Shown in pieces: positions 1-9,972 of a stretch of 64,000 bases of DNA. The notes beneath the pieces are model-generated. The model had not been told where the DNA came from, searched no databases, and saw only the letters and a program-made list of their open reading frames with translations. The DNA is taken from NCBI GenBank assembly GCA_902806405.1, contig CADCWL010000001.1, positions 96,029-160,028 of the forward strand. The letters are read 5' to 3'. Within the stretch, counting starts at the first letter, position 1, and each line of letters opens with the position of its first letter. The stretch is from an uncultured Thermomicrobiales bacterium (GTDB taxonomy: Bacteria; Chloroflexota; Chloroflexia; Thermomicrobiales; UBA6265). The translations under genes and the position numbers were made by a program.

Positions 1-600
1 CAGTGGCCGCAGGTCGTCGACCATATTCGCCGAGATGCCGGGCACCTCCTCGAGGTCGTCCACTGATCGGAAAGGGCCGCTCGCACTCCTTCGGGCGACG
101 ATCCGTTCCGCCAGGACGGGGCCGATCCCCGGCAGGGCGTCCAACTCCTCAGCGGTGGCGGTGTTGACGTCGATCGCTCCCACGGGCCGCGCCGGCGCGG
201 GGACCGTTGCCGTTGCCAGAACTTCCCCAGGACCAGCAGCCGGGGGGGGAACGCCCGCCGTCACCACCGACGTCGGCTCGATAGGCATGGGGACCAACGT
301 CGGCACGACGATACGTTCTTCGTCTCGAAGGCGGCGGGCGAGGTTGACCGCGGCAAGATCGGCGTCTTCGGCAACGCCCCCCGCCGCGGCAAGCGCGTCG
401 GCGGTGCGGGCGTCGCCCGGAAGAGCGTAAACGCCCGGCGAGGCGACCGCGCCCTCGACGGCGACGACCACGGTCGCGTCCGGCCGTGGGTCCTCGATCA
501 CGATCGGCGGCGCCGCGCGCTCGTCAAGCGCGACGAAGCCGTAGCCGGCCGCCGCTACCGCGACAACCGCGGCCACCAGGGCGATGGCAATCCGGACCAT
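1..600 (-). CDS. comEA: ComEA-like DNA-binding/competence protein (membrane anchor + SLBB-like + helix-hairpin-helix); 3' end cut by window edge
   Basis: Own translation of the minus strand from ATG at 600: MVRIAIALVAAVVAVAAAGYGF (anchor), VVVAVEGAVASPGVYALPGDARTADALAAAGG (SLBB-like), IDVNTATAEELDALPGIGPVLAERIVARRSASGPFRSVDDLEEVPGISANMVDDLRPL (HhH). Absent from the ORF track because no stop lies inside the window. Confidence 0.8.
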   Translation of the reverse strand, partial: MVRIAIALVAAVVAVAAAGYGFVALDERAAPPIVIEDPRPDATVVVAVEGAVASPGVYALPGDARTADALAAAGGVAEDADLAAVNLARRLRDEERIVVPTLVPMPIEPTSVVTAGVPPPAAGPGEVLATATVPAPARPVGAIDVNTATAEELDALPGIGPVLAERIVARRSASGPFRSVDDLEEVPGISANMVDDLRPL

Positions 601-709
601 GCCGCCTCACGATCGGGCCTGGGGCCCATGCCGCGCCTTCGTTTCCGCCAGTCCTCATCTGTAGCGCGCATCTTCGATCGGCCGCGGTTCCGCCGCAACC
701 GCCCGCGCG

Positions 710-718
710 TGGTAAAAT
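710..718 (+). promoter_or_regulatory. Candidate extended -10 promoter (TGgTAAAAT) for mfd
   Basis: TGGTAAAAT at 710-718, about 100 nt upstream of the mfd ATG in the comEA/mfd divergent spacer. No good -35 element. Confidence 0.35.
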
Positions 719-816
719 TGCTGTCTTGCGCAGGGGGGGCCGGGCCGGTCCGCTCGGTATTGGCTTGCCTGCAATAGGGAAGCGATTCGCTCCTCGACCC
801 GAACGGACGAAACCGG

Positions 817-3800
817 ATGACTCTGAGCCACCTCGTACCCACCCTCAGTGCAGACCGGGCGGTCGCGGCCCTCCTCGACCCGCTTCGCCGGGACGGCGGC
901 GCGGTGGCGGCGATCGATTTTCCGGCCGCGGCTCGGCCGGCGCTGGCCGCCGCGGCGGTTGCCCCGCGTCGCGCGGCAACCCTCGTCGTGACCGCCCGCG
1001 GCGACCGCGCGGAATCGCTGGCGGCGGCGATCGGTGAATACCTGCCGCCGGAGCGGCAACCGGCGCTGTGGCCGGCGCCCGAGGCGCTCCCCTACGAGCA
1101 GATGCCGTTCGACCTCACCGCGGCGACCCGCCGGGTCACCCTCCTGGACCGGCTTCGCCGCGCCCGGGAGGGTGACGGTGACGCCCCGGTCGTCGTCGCG
1201 TCCGTGCGCGGCCTCGTCCAACTCGTGCTCGGTCCGTCCGATCTCCAGGCGCGCACCCGGCTGTTGCGCCCCGGTGATCGGCTCGACGTTGATGGGCTCC
1301 TGCGCTGGGCGACCGAGCTCGGCTACGAGGCAACGCCGCTCGTGCAAGAACCGGGCGAGATCGCCCGCCGCGGAGGCATCGTCGACCTCTTCCCGCCGGG
1401 CGCCGACGAGCCGGTCCGGCTCGACCTCTTCGGTGACGAGATCGAGAGCATCCGCGCCTTCGATCCCGGCAGCCAGCGCTCGACCGGCCGCCTCCCATCC
1501 GTGCGCCTGCTGCCGCCCGCCGAGCTGCCCCTCTGGCAGCTGCGCGCCGCCGCTCCGCTGCTGGCGGGCCTTGAGCGCGGCGGATTGCGCGACGAGGTCG
1601 CCGGCGAGTGGGACCGGATGCTGGAGCGGATGGGGGAGGGCGCGACCCCGGCGTCGGTCGACCTCTTCGCCCCCTACCTGCTCGACGAGCCGTGCGGCCT
1701 CGCCGACTACTTCGCCCCCGGCGATCTCCTGGTTCTCGACGAGCCGTCGGCGGTTCGCTTGGCAGCGGCGCAGCTCGCCGCCCAAGCGACGGAGCTTGAG
1801 GGCGCGTTCGTTGCCAACGGGGAGTTGCCGCCCGGCCTGCGCCGCCCGGTCGCCAGTTGGAGCACCGTCGAGCAGCGTCTCCAACCGCTGACACGCCTCG
1901 AGCTGGGCAGCGAGCGGGACGACCCATCGGTCGTGTCGCTCGGCGCGCTCGCGGAGGCGCCCGCCTACGCCGGGCGCCTCGCCGTCGCCGTGGACGATGT
2001 CGCCGCTCGGCTCCGCGACGGTTGGCGGGTATCGGTCGCGAGCGACCAGGTCGAGCGGCTGACCGAGCTGTTCGAGGAGCGAGACGTCTTCCCGCGGCGC
2101 GACAAGCGGCGGGGCGACCGCGGCGTTCCACCGCCGCTGCCGCCGGGAACGCTCGAGATCCGCGCCTCCGACGCCGACGGCGGGTGGGCCCTGCCGTCGG
2201 CAAAGCTGCTGCTCCTCTCCGACCTGGAGTTGTTCGGGTTCCGCAAACAGACCCGTCGCGGCGTCCGCCGCCTCTCGGGCGAGGCGAAAGCATTCGCGAC
2301 AAGCCTGACGCCCGGTGAGAGCGTCGTCCACATCGACCACGGGATCGCCCGCTTCGCCGGTCTGGTCCGTCTCGACACGAGCGGTGTCGAGCGCGAATAC
2401 ATGTTGCTCGAATACGCCCGCGGCGACCGCCTCTACGTACCGGTCGACCAGAGCGATCGCGTCTCCCGTTACAGCGGCGGCGGCGGCGAGCCGCAGCTCA
2501 CCCGCCTCGGCTCCGGCGAGTGGGTCAAGGTCAAGCAGCGGGTACGGCGTGCCGTCCGCGAGATGGCCTTCGAGCTGATCCAGCTCTACGCGGCGCGGGA
2601 GACCGCGGAAGGGCACCGCTACGCCGACGACACCACCTGGGACCGCGAGCTTGCCGAATCGTTCCCGTACACGGAGACGCCCGATCAGCAGCGGGCCATC
2701 GACGACGTCAAAGGGGACATGGAGTCTCCCCGGCCGATGGACCGCCTCGTCTGCGGCGACGTCGGGTTTGGCAAGACGGAGGTGGCGCTGCGCGCCGCCT
2801 TCAAGGCGGTCAACGCGGGACGTCAGGTGGCGATCCTGGTGCCAACCACCGTGCTCGCCCTCCAGCACTTCACCACCTTCCGCCAGCGGCTCGCGCCCTT
2901 TCCGGTCAGGGTCGAGATGCTGTCGCGTCTCCGCACCAAGGGCGATCAGCGACAGGTGCTGACCGGGCTCGCCGATGGAAGCGTCGACATCGTCGTCGGC
3001 ACCCACCGCCTGGTGCAGCGGGACGTGGTCTTCAAAGATCTCGGCCTCGCCGTCGTCGACGAAGAGCAGCGCTTCGGCGTGCGCCACAAGGAGTTCTTCA
3101 AGCGGCTCCGGACCGAGGTCGACGTGCTGACGATGAGCGCGACGCCGATCCCGCGGACGCTGCACATGTCCCTCGCCGGCATCCGCGACATCAGTATCAT
3201 CGACACGGCGCCCCAGGCCCGGTTGCCGATCCGGACCTTCGTCACCGAGTTCCAGGACCACCTCGTGCGGGAGGTGCTGCTGCGGGAGATCGACCGTGGC
3301 GGGCAGGTCTACCTGGTCCACAACCGGGTGCACGACATCGACCGCCTGGCGCACAAGCTACGGGAGTTGGTGCCGGAGGCGCGATTCGGCGTCGGCCACG
3401 GTCAGATGGACGAGGAGGTGCTTGAGGAAGTGATCCTCGGCTTCGTCCGCCACGATTACGACGTGCTGCTTTCGACCACGATCATCGAGTCTGGGATCGA
3501 CATCCCGAACGTGAACACGATCGTGATCGACGACGCCGACACCCTGGGCCTGACCCAGCTCTATCAGCTTCGCGGGCGTGTCGGGCGGAGCGCGAACCGC
3601 GCCTACGCCTACCTGCTCCACCGCCCCAACAAGGTGCTTTCGGAGGACGCCCAGGAACGGCTGGAGGCGATCCAGGAGGCGACGGAGCTGGGAGCCGGCC
3701 TCCGCGTCGCGATGCGGGACATGGAGATCCGCGGCGCCGGCAACATCCTCGGGGCCGAGCAGAGCGGCCACATCGCCGCGATCGGCTACGAGCTCTACCT

Positions 3801-4323
3801 GCGGCTGCTCGCCCAGGCGGTCGAAGAGGTCAAGAGCGGCCGGCCGATCGCCGACGCCGACCCGGTGACCCTCGACCTGCCGCTCACGGCGCTGATCCCC
3901 GTCGACTACATTGCGGACACGGAGCTGCGGCTCGCGACCTACCGCCGGGTCGCCGCCGTCGAGACACCTCGGGCGCTTGCCGACGCGCGGACGGAGCTGG
4001 AGGACCGCTTCGGCCCGATCCCTGAGCCGGTCGAGCACCTCTTCGCCCTGATCGCCCTCCGCATCCGCTGCGCCGAGCTCGGCATCGAATCCATGGTCGA
4101 GCGGGAGCGGGAGATCGTGATCCGGCCCGTCGCCACGGTCGGCCTGGAGCGGCGCCTCGGGCGCAAGCTCGGCCGGGCGCTCCGCCTCACACCGAACTCG
4201 ATCCGGGTTCGGCTGCCGGACCTGACCATCCCGTGGCAGGAGGCGCTCGACGCCGTCCTCGACGCCGTCGAGCAGGCGCAGGCCCCGGTCGCGGGGATGG
4301 GCGGGGCAGCGGCGGCGCGGTAG
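817..4323 (+). CDS. mfd: Transcription-repair coupling factor Mfd
   Basis: 1168-aa ORF. Has a UvrB-homology-like N-terminus, the RNAP-interaction region (VVHIDHGIARFAGL), superfamily-2 helicase motifs (GDVGFGKTEVALRAAF, DEEQRFGV, QLYQLRGRVGRS) and a TRCF C-terminal domain. Confidence 0.97.
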   Translation: MTLSHLVPTLSADRAVAALLDPLRRDGGAVAAIDFPAAARPALAAAAVAPRRAATLVVTARGDRAESLAAAIGEYLPPERQPALWPAPEALPYEQMPFDLTAATRRVTLLDRLRRAREGDGDAPVVVASVRGLVQLVLGPSDLQARTRLLRPGDRLDVDGLLRWATELGYEATPLVQEPGEIARRGGIVDLFPPGADEPVRLDLFGDEIESIRAFDPGSQRSTGRLPSVRLLPPAELPLWQLRAAAPLLAGLERGGLRDEVAGEWDRMLERMGEGATPASVDLFAPYLLDEPCGLADYFAPGDLLVLDEPSAVRLAAAQLAAQATELEGAFVANGELPPGLRRPVASWSTVEQRLQPLTRLELGSERDDPSVVSLGALAEAPAYAGRLAVAVDDVAARLRDGWRVSVASDQVERLTELFEERDVFPRRDKRRGDRGVPPPLPPGTLEIRASDADGGWALPSAKLLLLSDLELFGFRKQTRRGVRRLSGEAKAFATSLTPGESVVHIDHGIARFAGLVRLDTSGVEREYMLLEYARGDRLYVPVDQSDRVSRYSGGGGEPQLTRLGSGEWVKVKQRVRRAVREMAFELIQLYAARETAEGHRYADDTTWDRELAESFPYTETPDQQRAIDDVKGDMESPRPMDRLVCGDVGFGKTEVALRAAFKAVNAGRQVAILVPTTVLALQHFTTFRQRLAPFPVRVEMLSRLRTKGDQRQVLTGLADGSVDIVVGTHRLVQRDVVFKDLGLAVVDEEQRFGVRHKEFFKRLRTEVDVLTMSATPIPRTLHMSLAGIRDISIIDTAPQARLPIRTFVTEFQDHLVREVLLREIDRGGQVYLVHNRVHDIDRLAHKLRELVPEARFGVGHGQMDEEVLEEVILGFVRHDYDVLLSTTIIESGIDIPNVNTIVIDDADTLGLTQLYQLRGRVGRSANRAYAYLLHRPNKVLSEDAQERLEAIQEATELGAGLRVAMRDMEIRGAGNILGAEQSGHIAAIGYELYLRLLAQAVEEVKSGRPIADADPVTLDLPLTALIPVDYIADTELRLATYRRVAAVETPRALADARTELEDRFGPIPEPVEHLFALIALRIRCAELGIESMVEREREIVIRPVATVGLERRLGRKLGRALRLTPNSIRVRLPDLTIPWQEALDAVLDAVEQAQAPVAGMGGAAAAR

Positions 4324-4338
4324 GGGCGTCAGAGGGCC

Positions 4339-5418
4339 GTGGCACCGGGACAAGGTCGGATGGTCGAGCGACACTCCAAAGTGGCCGTCGTCGGTGCCGG
4401 CAGCTGGGGAACGACGCTGGCGGTCGTCGCCGCCCGGGCAGGACGCGCCGTCGCCCTCCACGTCCGCAGCCCGAACATCGCGGCCGCGATCTCGGCAGAG
4501 CGGCGCAACGCCCGGTACCTACCCGATCTCGTTCTCCCCGACGGCATCGAGGTCACGACCAACCTGGCCACTGCGTGCCATGGCGCCGCCCTCATCCTGG
4601 TCGTCGTGCCCAGCCAAACCGTGCGGGAGAACGCGCGAGCGCTTGTCCCGGTCGTCGGGGACGCGATCGTCCTCAGCGCCGTCAAGGGGTTGGAGCGCGG
4701 GTCCTTAAAACGGATGACGGAGGTGCTGCGCGAGGAGCTTCCCCCCGCCGCCGCGTCGCACGTCGCCGCTCTCTCGGGCCCGAATCTCGCGGCCGAAGTA
4801 GCGGCGGGGAAACCGGCGACGGCGGTCGTTGCCGGGGAGGACTCCGCAGTCGCCGAGCGGGCACGCGACCTGCTCGGGGGCGGGGCGTTCCGTTGCTACA
4901 CGAACGGCGACGTCGTCGGGGTGGAGATGGGCGGCGCGCTCAAGAACGTGATCGCGATCGGTGCCGGCATCGGCGATGGCCTCGGTGCCGGCGAGAACGC
5001 CAAGGCGGCGTTCATGACCCGCGGCATCGCCGAGATTGCTCGGCTCGGCATCGCCGCCGGCGCCGAGCCGCTGACCTTCGCCGGCCTCACCGGTCTCGGC
5101 GACCTCGTCGCCACCTGCGCCAGCCCTCTCAGTCGGAACCGGCGGGTCGGCCAGGAACTGGCCACGGGGCGCCCTCTCGCCGACGTCCTTGCTGGCATGT
5201 CGCAGGTCGCCGAAGGGGTCTTCACCACCGAGGCCGCCTACGAGCTCGGCCGCCGAGCCAACGTCGAGTTGCCGATCACGGAACAGATGTACGCCGTCCT
5301 CTTCGAAGGGAAGTCGCCGCTCGCCGCCATTGCGGACCTGATGCGCCGTGAGCCGAAGGACGAGCTTGCCGGATTCCGCGGCATCCCCGGCCGGACCGGC
5401 CCACGGCACATCGGCTGA
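4339..5418 (+). CDS. gpsA: NAD(P)H-dependent glycerol-3-phosphate dehydrogenase
   Basis: KVAVVGAGSWGTTLAVV Rossmann motif, GALKNVIAIGAGIGDGLG and SPLSRNRRVGQEL motifs. Start is either GTG 4339 or ATG 4360. Confidence 0.93.
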   Translation: MAPGQGRMVERHSKVAVVGAGSWGTTLAVVAARAGRAVALHVRSPNIAAAISAERRNARYLPDLVLPDGIEVTTNLATACHGAALILVVVPSQTVRENARALVPVVGDAIVLSAVKGLERGSLKRMTEVLREELPPAAASHVAALSGPNLAAEVAAGKPATAVVAGEDSAVAERARDLLGGGAFRCYTNGDVVGVEMGGALKNVIAIGAGIGDGLGAGENAKAAFMTRGIAEIARLGIAAGAEPLTFAGLTGLGDLVATCASPLSRNRRVGQELATGRPLADVLAGMSQVAEGVFTTEAAYELGRRANVELPITEQMYAVLFEGKSPLAAIADLMRREPKDELAGFRGIPGRTGPRHIG

Positions 5419-5423
5419 CGACG

Positions 5424-6779
5424 CTAGCCAGCGGCGCCCGCAAGCTCCGTCCGCGTGACCAGGGGCAGCGAGACCAACTGGTCCCGGGCCGGGCCGACGC
5501 CGACCATCGTCACCGGCGCCCCGACCGCGTCCTCTAGGAAGCGCACGTAGGCGCGGGCGCCGTCCGGTAAATCCTCCAGGCTCCGCGCCTCGCTCGTAGT
5601 GCACTGCCAGCCAGGGAGCGTCTCGTAGACCGGGGAGATCGACTCCCACTCCGCCTCACCCGCCGGGGGATGACGAACCACGCTTTCCACGATACCGGCC
5701 GATTCAGAGTGCCCCCCGGTCGATTCCAACCGCTGAAGCCGATACGCGGTGCAGACCTTCACGTGGTCGAACCCGTCGAGGACATCGAGCAGTGTGAGCG
5801 CGATCTCCGTCACGCCGTTCTGACGGGCGACGGCGCGGGCGGCGACGGCGTCGAACCAGCCGGTCCGGCGCGGCCGTCCGGTGGTGGTGCCGTACTCGCG
5901 GCCCCGCTCCCGGATCGCCTGGCCCGTCGCGTCGTGCAACTCGGTCGGCAGCGGACCGCCGCCGACGCGGGTGCTGTACGCCTTGAAGACGCCGATCACC
6001 CGCCGGACCTGAGTCGGGGCGACGCCCGCCCCCTGGCAGGCCCCCGCCGCAGTCGGCGACGATGAAGTGACGAAGGGGTAGGTGCCGTAGTCGATGTCGA
6101 GCATCGCCCCCTGCGCGCACTCGATCAGGACTTCTTTGCCGGCGGCGAGGGCGTCCTGAACGATCACCTCCGACGGCGCAATGTACGGCGCGAGGCGCGC
6201 CCCGAGCGTCAACAACTCGTCCAGGACGGACGCGGGGTCGAGCGCAGGTTCGCCGTAGACCCGGACCAGGATCCGGTTCTTCTCCTCGATCTCGCGCTCG
6301 ATCTTGCGACGCAGGGCCCCCTCGTCGACGAGGTCGGCGACCCGAACGCCGCGGCGGCTGACCTTATCGGCGTAAGCAGGGCCGTTGCCGCGGAGGGTTG
6401 TCCCGATCTCGTCGTCGGCCCGCCGCGCCTCCTCCAGGCGGTCGAACAGCGGGTGGTAAGGCATCACGACGTGGGCGCGGTCGGAGAGGCGGAGGCCGGC
6501 GACGTCGACGCCACGCTGGCGGAGTCCATCCAACTCGGCCAGCAGCGACGCCGGGTCGACGACGACGCCGGCCCCGATCACGCAGAGGCAACGCGGGTTG
6601 AGGATCCCGGACGGCACCAGATGGAGCTTAAAGACACCGGCTTCGGTCTCAATCGTGTGGCCGGCGTTGCTTCCCCCGTTGGCCCGGACGACGACGGCGA
6701 CATTGCCGGCGAGGGCGTCGGTCAGCTTGCCCTTCCCTTCGTCGCCCCACTGACCGCCCATCACGATCGTCGCCGGCAT
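5424..6779 (-). CDS. purA: Adenylosuccinate synthetase
   Basis: N-terminal GGQWGDEGKGK P-loop, GTTLRGNGPAYADK and TTGRPRRTGWFD motifs. Convergent with gpsA across a 5-bp gap. Confidence 0.96.
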   Translation of the reverse strand: MPATIVMGGQWGDEGKGKLTDALAGNVAVVVRANGGSNAGHTIETEAGVFKLHLVPSGILNPRCLCVIGAGVVVDPASLLAELDGLRQRGVDVAGLRLSDRAHVVMPYHPLFDRLEEARRADDEIGTTLRGNGPAYADKVSRRGVRVADLVDEGALRRKIEREIEEKNRILVRVYGEPALDPASVLDELLTLGARLAPYIAPSEVIVQDALAAGKEVLIECAQGAMLDIDYGTYPFVTSSSPTAAGACQGAGVAPTQVRRVIGVFKAYSTRVGGGPLPTELHDATGQAIRERGREYGTTTGRPRRTGWFDAVAARAVARQNGVTEIALTLLDVLDGFDHVKVCTAYRLQRLESTGGHSESAGIVESVVRHPPAGEAEWESISPVYETLPGWQCTTSEARSLEDLPDGARAYVRFLEDAVGAPVTMVGVGPARDQLVSLPLVTRTELAGAAG

Positions 6780-6892
6780 CGCCGCTCGCTCCCCCGCCTC
6801 CGAACCGGCCGCGTCTCGACGCGGTGAACGCCGGGACTATACCCGACCGGGATACGACGGACGGCCGGCCGTCGCGTCCCGCCCGGTCCGGA

Positions 6893-7243
6893 TCAACGCC
6901 GGGCGTCGCGCTCCCGCATCAACCGCAGCTCTCGCTGCAGCGTCAGGATCTGTTGGCGAAGGTGGAGGATCGCGGCGGCCCCGGCCAGGTTCACGCCGAG
7001 GTCCGAGACCAGGCGTCGCGCCCGCCGGATGCGGTCGATGTCCGCCTCGGAGTAGAGCGCGTGCCCCGTCTCGTCGGTCTCCGGCTCGATCAGCCCGATC
7101 GCCTCGTAGCGACGGAGCGTCTGCACCCGGAGCCCAACCCGGACCGCGACCGCGGTCACGACGTAGCGCGGTTCCCGGCTCGGCTCGTCCTCGATCGGAT
7201 CGCGGCGGGAAAACGTCACGTCCGGGCGAAAGGGTCCGCTCAT
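6893..7243 (-). CDS. hspR: MerR-family heat-shock repressor HspR
   Basis: 116 aa. MerR HTH (YVVTAVAVRVGLRVQTLRRYEAIGLIEP), a C-terminal leucine-rich helix, an ATGA overlap with the upstream dnaJ, and a HAIR operator upstream of the operon. Confidence 0.85.
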   Translation of the reverse strand: MSGPFRPDVTFSRRDPIEDEPSREPRYVVTAVAVRVGLRVQTLRRYEAIGLIEPETDETGHALYSEADIDRIRRARRLVSDLGVNLAGAAAILHLRQQILTLQRELRLMRERDARR

Positions 7244-8358
7244 CGCGCTCCCTCCTCCCGCAACCGCCGCAACTCCTCAAAAAGCTCCCGTTCGCGCGGC
7301 CCGAGCCCCGACGGCAGGATCACCTTCGAACGCGCCACCAGGTCCCCGCGCTGGCCCTTCGGGCCTTTAAGGCGGGGCATTCCCTGCCCCCGTAGGCGGA
7401 ACAGACGGCCGGGCTGGGTCTCCGGGGGGATCGTGAGCGCCACCCGCCCGGTCGGCGTGCCGACGACCACCTCGCCGCCTAGCACCGCCGTGGTCAGCGG
7501 AACGTCGACGTCGGTCTGGAGGTCGTCCCCATTGCGCTCGAAGCGCGCATCCGTCCGGACCGCGATCCGGAGGTAGACATCCCCCGGCGGCCCGCCGGCC
7601 ACTCCGAGCCCCCCTTGCCCGGCGATCCTGATGCGAGAGCCGGTCGCCACCCCGGCTGGGATCGTCACCTCCAGCGACCGCGTCCGGTGGACGACGCCCG
7701 TGCCGTCGCAGGTCGGGCAGGTCGTCTCGCGGACGAGGCCCGTCCCGTTACAGGTCGGGCAGTTCTGCGGTGCTTGCAGCTGGATCGTTCGGGTGGCGCC
7801 GTGGAACGCCTCCTCGAACGAAACGTCGACCGCCACCTCCAGATCCTCTCCGCGGCGCGCGCGCGGCGGGCTGGCGGTGACACGGCTCCGGCCCGCCTCC
7901 CGCGCACGCCCCCCGAAGAGGGTCTGGAAGAAGTCGGAGAAGCCTCCCCCGTCGTCCTCGCCAGGGGACTCGTAGACGGTCCAGTCGGAGCCGCCCGGTC
8001 GGCTCGTCGCCGCGCCGGCTTGCCCCGCGAACCACGAGCCGAAGTCGCTCGGATCGACCGCGCGGCGTGGCGCGGCCCCAGGGCGGGGTGCCGGCTCGTC
8101 GCCGGTGAATCCGGCTTCACGGTAGCGCTGCCAGTCCTCCCCGAACCGGTCGTAGAGCTTGCGCTTGTCGGGATCGGAGAGGACCTCGTACGCCTCGTTG
8201 ATCTCCTTGAAGCGGTCCTCGGCCCCCGTGTCGCCGGGGTTGATGTCGGGGTGGTGCTGGCGCGCCAGCTTTCGGTAGGCGGCCCGTACCGCCTTCTCGT
8301 CGGCGTTACGGGCGACGCCCAGCGTCTGGTAGTAGTCCTTGAACTGGACGGTCGGCAT
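7240..8358 (-). CDS. dnaJ: DnaJ-family co-chaperone (J domain + G/F-like region + single-centre zinc finger + CTD)
   Basis: J domain DYYQTLGVARNADEKAVRAAYRKLARQHHPDINPGD. Only two CxxCxGxG motifs (CPTCNGTG, CPTCDGTG; nt 7696-7761). DnaJ C-terminal domains follow. Confidence 0.9.
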   Translation of the reverse strand: MPTVQFKDYYQTLGVARNADEKAVRAAYRKLARQHHPDINPGDTGAEDRFKEINEAYEVLSDPDKRKLYDRFGEDWQRYREAGFTGDEPAPRPGAAPRRAVDPSDFGSWFAGQAGAATSRPGGSDWTVYESPGEDDGGGFSDFFQTLFGGRAREAGRSRVTASPPRARRGEDLEVAVDVSFEEAFHGATRTIQLQAPQNCPTCNGTGLVRETTCPTCDGTGVVHRTRSLEVTIPAGVATGSRIRIAGQGGLGVAGGPPGDVYLRIAVRTDARFERNGDDLQTDVDVPLTTAVLGGEVVVGTPTGRVALTIPPETQPGRLFRLRGQGMPRLKGPKGQRGDLVARSKVILPSGLGPRERELFEELRRLREEGAR

Positions 8359-8396
8359 CGCTCGGCTCTCTTATCGCAGGCATCGTCAGCGTCGAA

Positions 8397-8426
8397 ATCC
8401 TACACCTTGAGTCTCAACGACGCAAG
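8397..8426 (-). promoter_or_regulatory. HspR operator (HAIR) overlapping the dnaJ-hspR promoter
   Basis: CTTGAGT-N7-ACGCAAG at 8406-8426, one mismatch from the HAIR consensus CTTGAGT-N7-ACTCAAG. On the minus strand TTGCGT (8425-8420), a 17-nt spacer, then TAGGAT (8402-8397), 39 nt upstream of the dnaJ ATG. Confidence 0.7.
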
Positions 8427-9007
8427 CTTCCTGACACATTTCCGGCGCTTACCGCCCTCTTGGGGCGTCGTGCCTTCCGGATCGCCCACACGACGAAGGC
8501 ACCGAAGAGGAGGAGGATGCCGACGGACAGAACCGGGAGGAAGACCGCGACGACGGCTGCCAGCCCCGCAACCATGTCCTCGGCCAGGCTGAGGAGCGGG
8601 TTGCCCATGCCGCCGGTGCCTAGGGTGACAACCGGCCGGACGACCGCCTTGGCGGTGTGCACCGCCCCGGCGACGAGCAGACCGAGCACCAGGGAGACAA
8701 CGGGGTTGATCCCGGCGCCCTCGCTCGTGGCAGCCATCACCAGGACCGCCCCGGCGGCGGGCCGGACGGCGGATTGGACAAGGTCGTTCGCGTGGTCCAG
8801 TCCGGGCACCTTGTCGACCACGAGCTCGACCGTCAGGAGGAGGACGATGACGGCGATCGCCCAAGTCGACGAGAGGAAACCGTACGGGCGGGCCAGGGTT
8901 ACATCGGTCGAGATGCGGTCGGCGAGGGCGAGCACCAGGAGCGGCAGGTAGGCATTGAGGCCCGCCGGCGCCGCCAGCCCGAGCCCGGTCAAGAGCGAGT
9001 ACTCCAT
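8414..9007 (-). CDS. DUF4126-like polytopic membrane protein
   Basis: 197 aa. MEYSLLTGLGLAAPAGLNAYLPLLVLALADR N-terminus and about 5 hydrophobic segments. Family assignment is from memory of DUF4126 N-termini. Confidence 0.6.
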   Translation of the reverse strand: MEYSLLTGLGLAAPAGLNAYLPLLVLALADRISTDVTLARPYGFLSSTWAIAVIVLLLTVELVVDKVPGLDHANDLVQSAVRPAAGAVLVMAATSEGAGINPVVSLVLGLLVAGAVHTAKAVVRPVVTLGTGGMGNPLLSLAEDMVAGLAAVVAVFLPVLSVGILLLFGAFVVWAIRKARRPKRAVSAGNVSGSLRR

Positions 9008-9090
9008 TCGTCATCGCCCCCAACCCGACGCCCCCGGTCGCCGCGTCGGCGCATCGGGAACGAGTCGCCCCAGGCTTCCCGGCTGCGGCC

Positions 9091-9939
9091 TCAAGCGGTC
9101 GACCCGCCCATCCAGAGCGGCCGCGCGCCCAGCCGAGCTACCACCGCCTCACCGTGCGAGAGCACATAGAGCTGCCCGTACAGATGGCCGGTCACGACAC
9201 ACGCGTAGAGTGATGCCGCGGCCGACGCCCCCGTCAAGGGTACCCATCCCCATCCGTCGGCGAATAGGCTCACCGGCGGGAAGGCGGAGACGACGGAGGT
9301 GGCGAAGCCGAAACCCGCCACGATCGCCGAGGCCGCCAGGTGCGCCCCGAACCGATCGCGGACGGTGCGAAGGGTCCCCGCGACGTCGAGCCCAGCCCGG
9401 ACGGAGCGCGCGATCGCGGCTCGGCCGACCGCGGCCGCAAGGATGATGCCGAAGGCGGTGCTGCCGAGCGCGTTCAGGAGGGGAGGCACCAGCCATCCGC
9501 CGCCTCCGAGATCGGGCCAGTCCGGTGCGCGGCCCTCGGACGCCGCGGCGGTCGCCACGACGACGGCGAGGGCCGGGCAACCGACGACCACGCCGACCGC
9601 CACGAGCCATCCCGCGGTGACCCCGATCAAGCGGAGGCCGTCGATCACCAAGTCGCCCACGACGTCCCAGGCAGGGAGCGGGACGTCGCGACGCTCGGCC
9701 ACCCGTCGTGTGACGCGCATCTGGTACCCGCCCGTCGCCAAGAGCGCGAGCACCGTCGGCACGCCCGACCAGAGCAGATCCAGGGCATCGACCGAGGACG
9801 CCGGGTCGCTACCACTACCTTCGAAACCGAAACGGCTCCAGATGGCGGCCGGTATGCCATACAGGAGCATTCCGACCAGGGCCTTCCCCGGCCAGCCCCC
9901 GTCCTCCCGGAAGAACACGAACGCGCGACGAACGTCCAT
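9091..9939 (-). CDS. DUF4013-like membrane protein (paralog 1)
   Basis: 282 aa. FFREDGGWPGKALVGMLLYGIP ... DVPLPAWDVVGDLVIDGLR motif shared with the neighbouring paralog. Multiple TM segments. Confidence 0.6.
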   Translation of the reverse strand: MDVRRAFVFFREDGGWPGKALVGMLLYGIPAAIWSRFGFEGSGSDPASSVDALDLLWSGVPTVLALLATGGYQMRVTRRVAERRDVPLPAWDVVGDLVIDGLRLIGVTAGWLVAVGVVVGCPALAVVVATAAASEGRAPDWPDLGGGGWLVPPLLNALGSTAFGIILAAAVGRAAIARSVRAGLDVAGTLRTVRDRFGAHLAASAIVAGFGFATSVVSAFPPVSLFADGWGWVPLTGASAAASLYACVVTGHLYGQLYVLSHGEAVVARLGARPLWMGGSTA

Positions 9940-9972
9940 CCCCGTTCCCTCCCCGGTCTGCCCGGCCCTGCC

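Noticed and set aside
655-3354. 899-aa ORF on the minus strand
   Set aside because: It is entirely antisense to the well-supported mfd gene. Its sequence is Arg/Gly/Asp/Pro-rich with no motifs, the typical open antisense frame of a high-GC genome.
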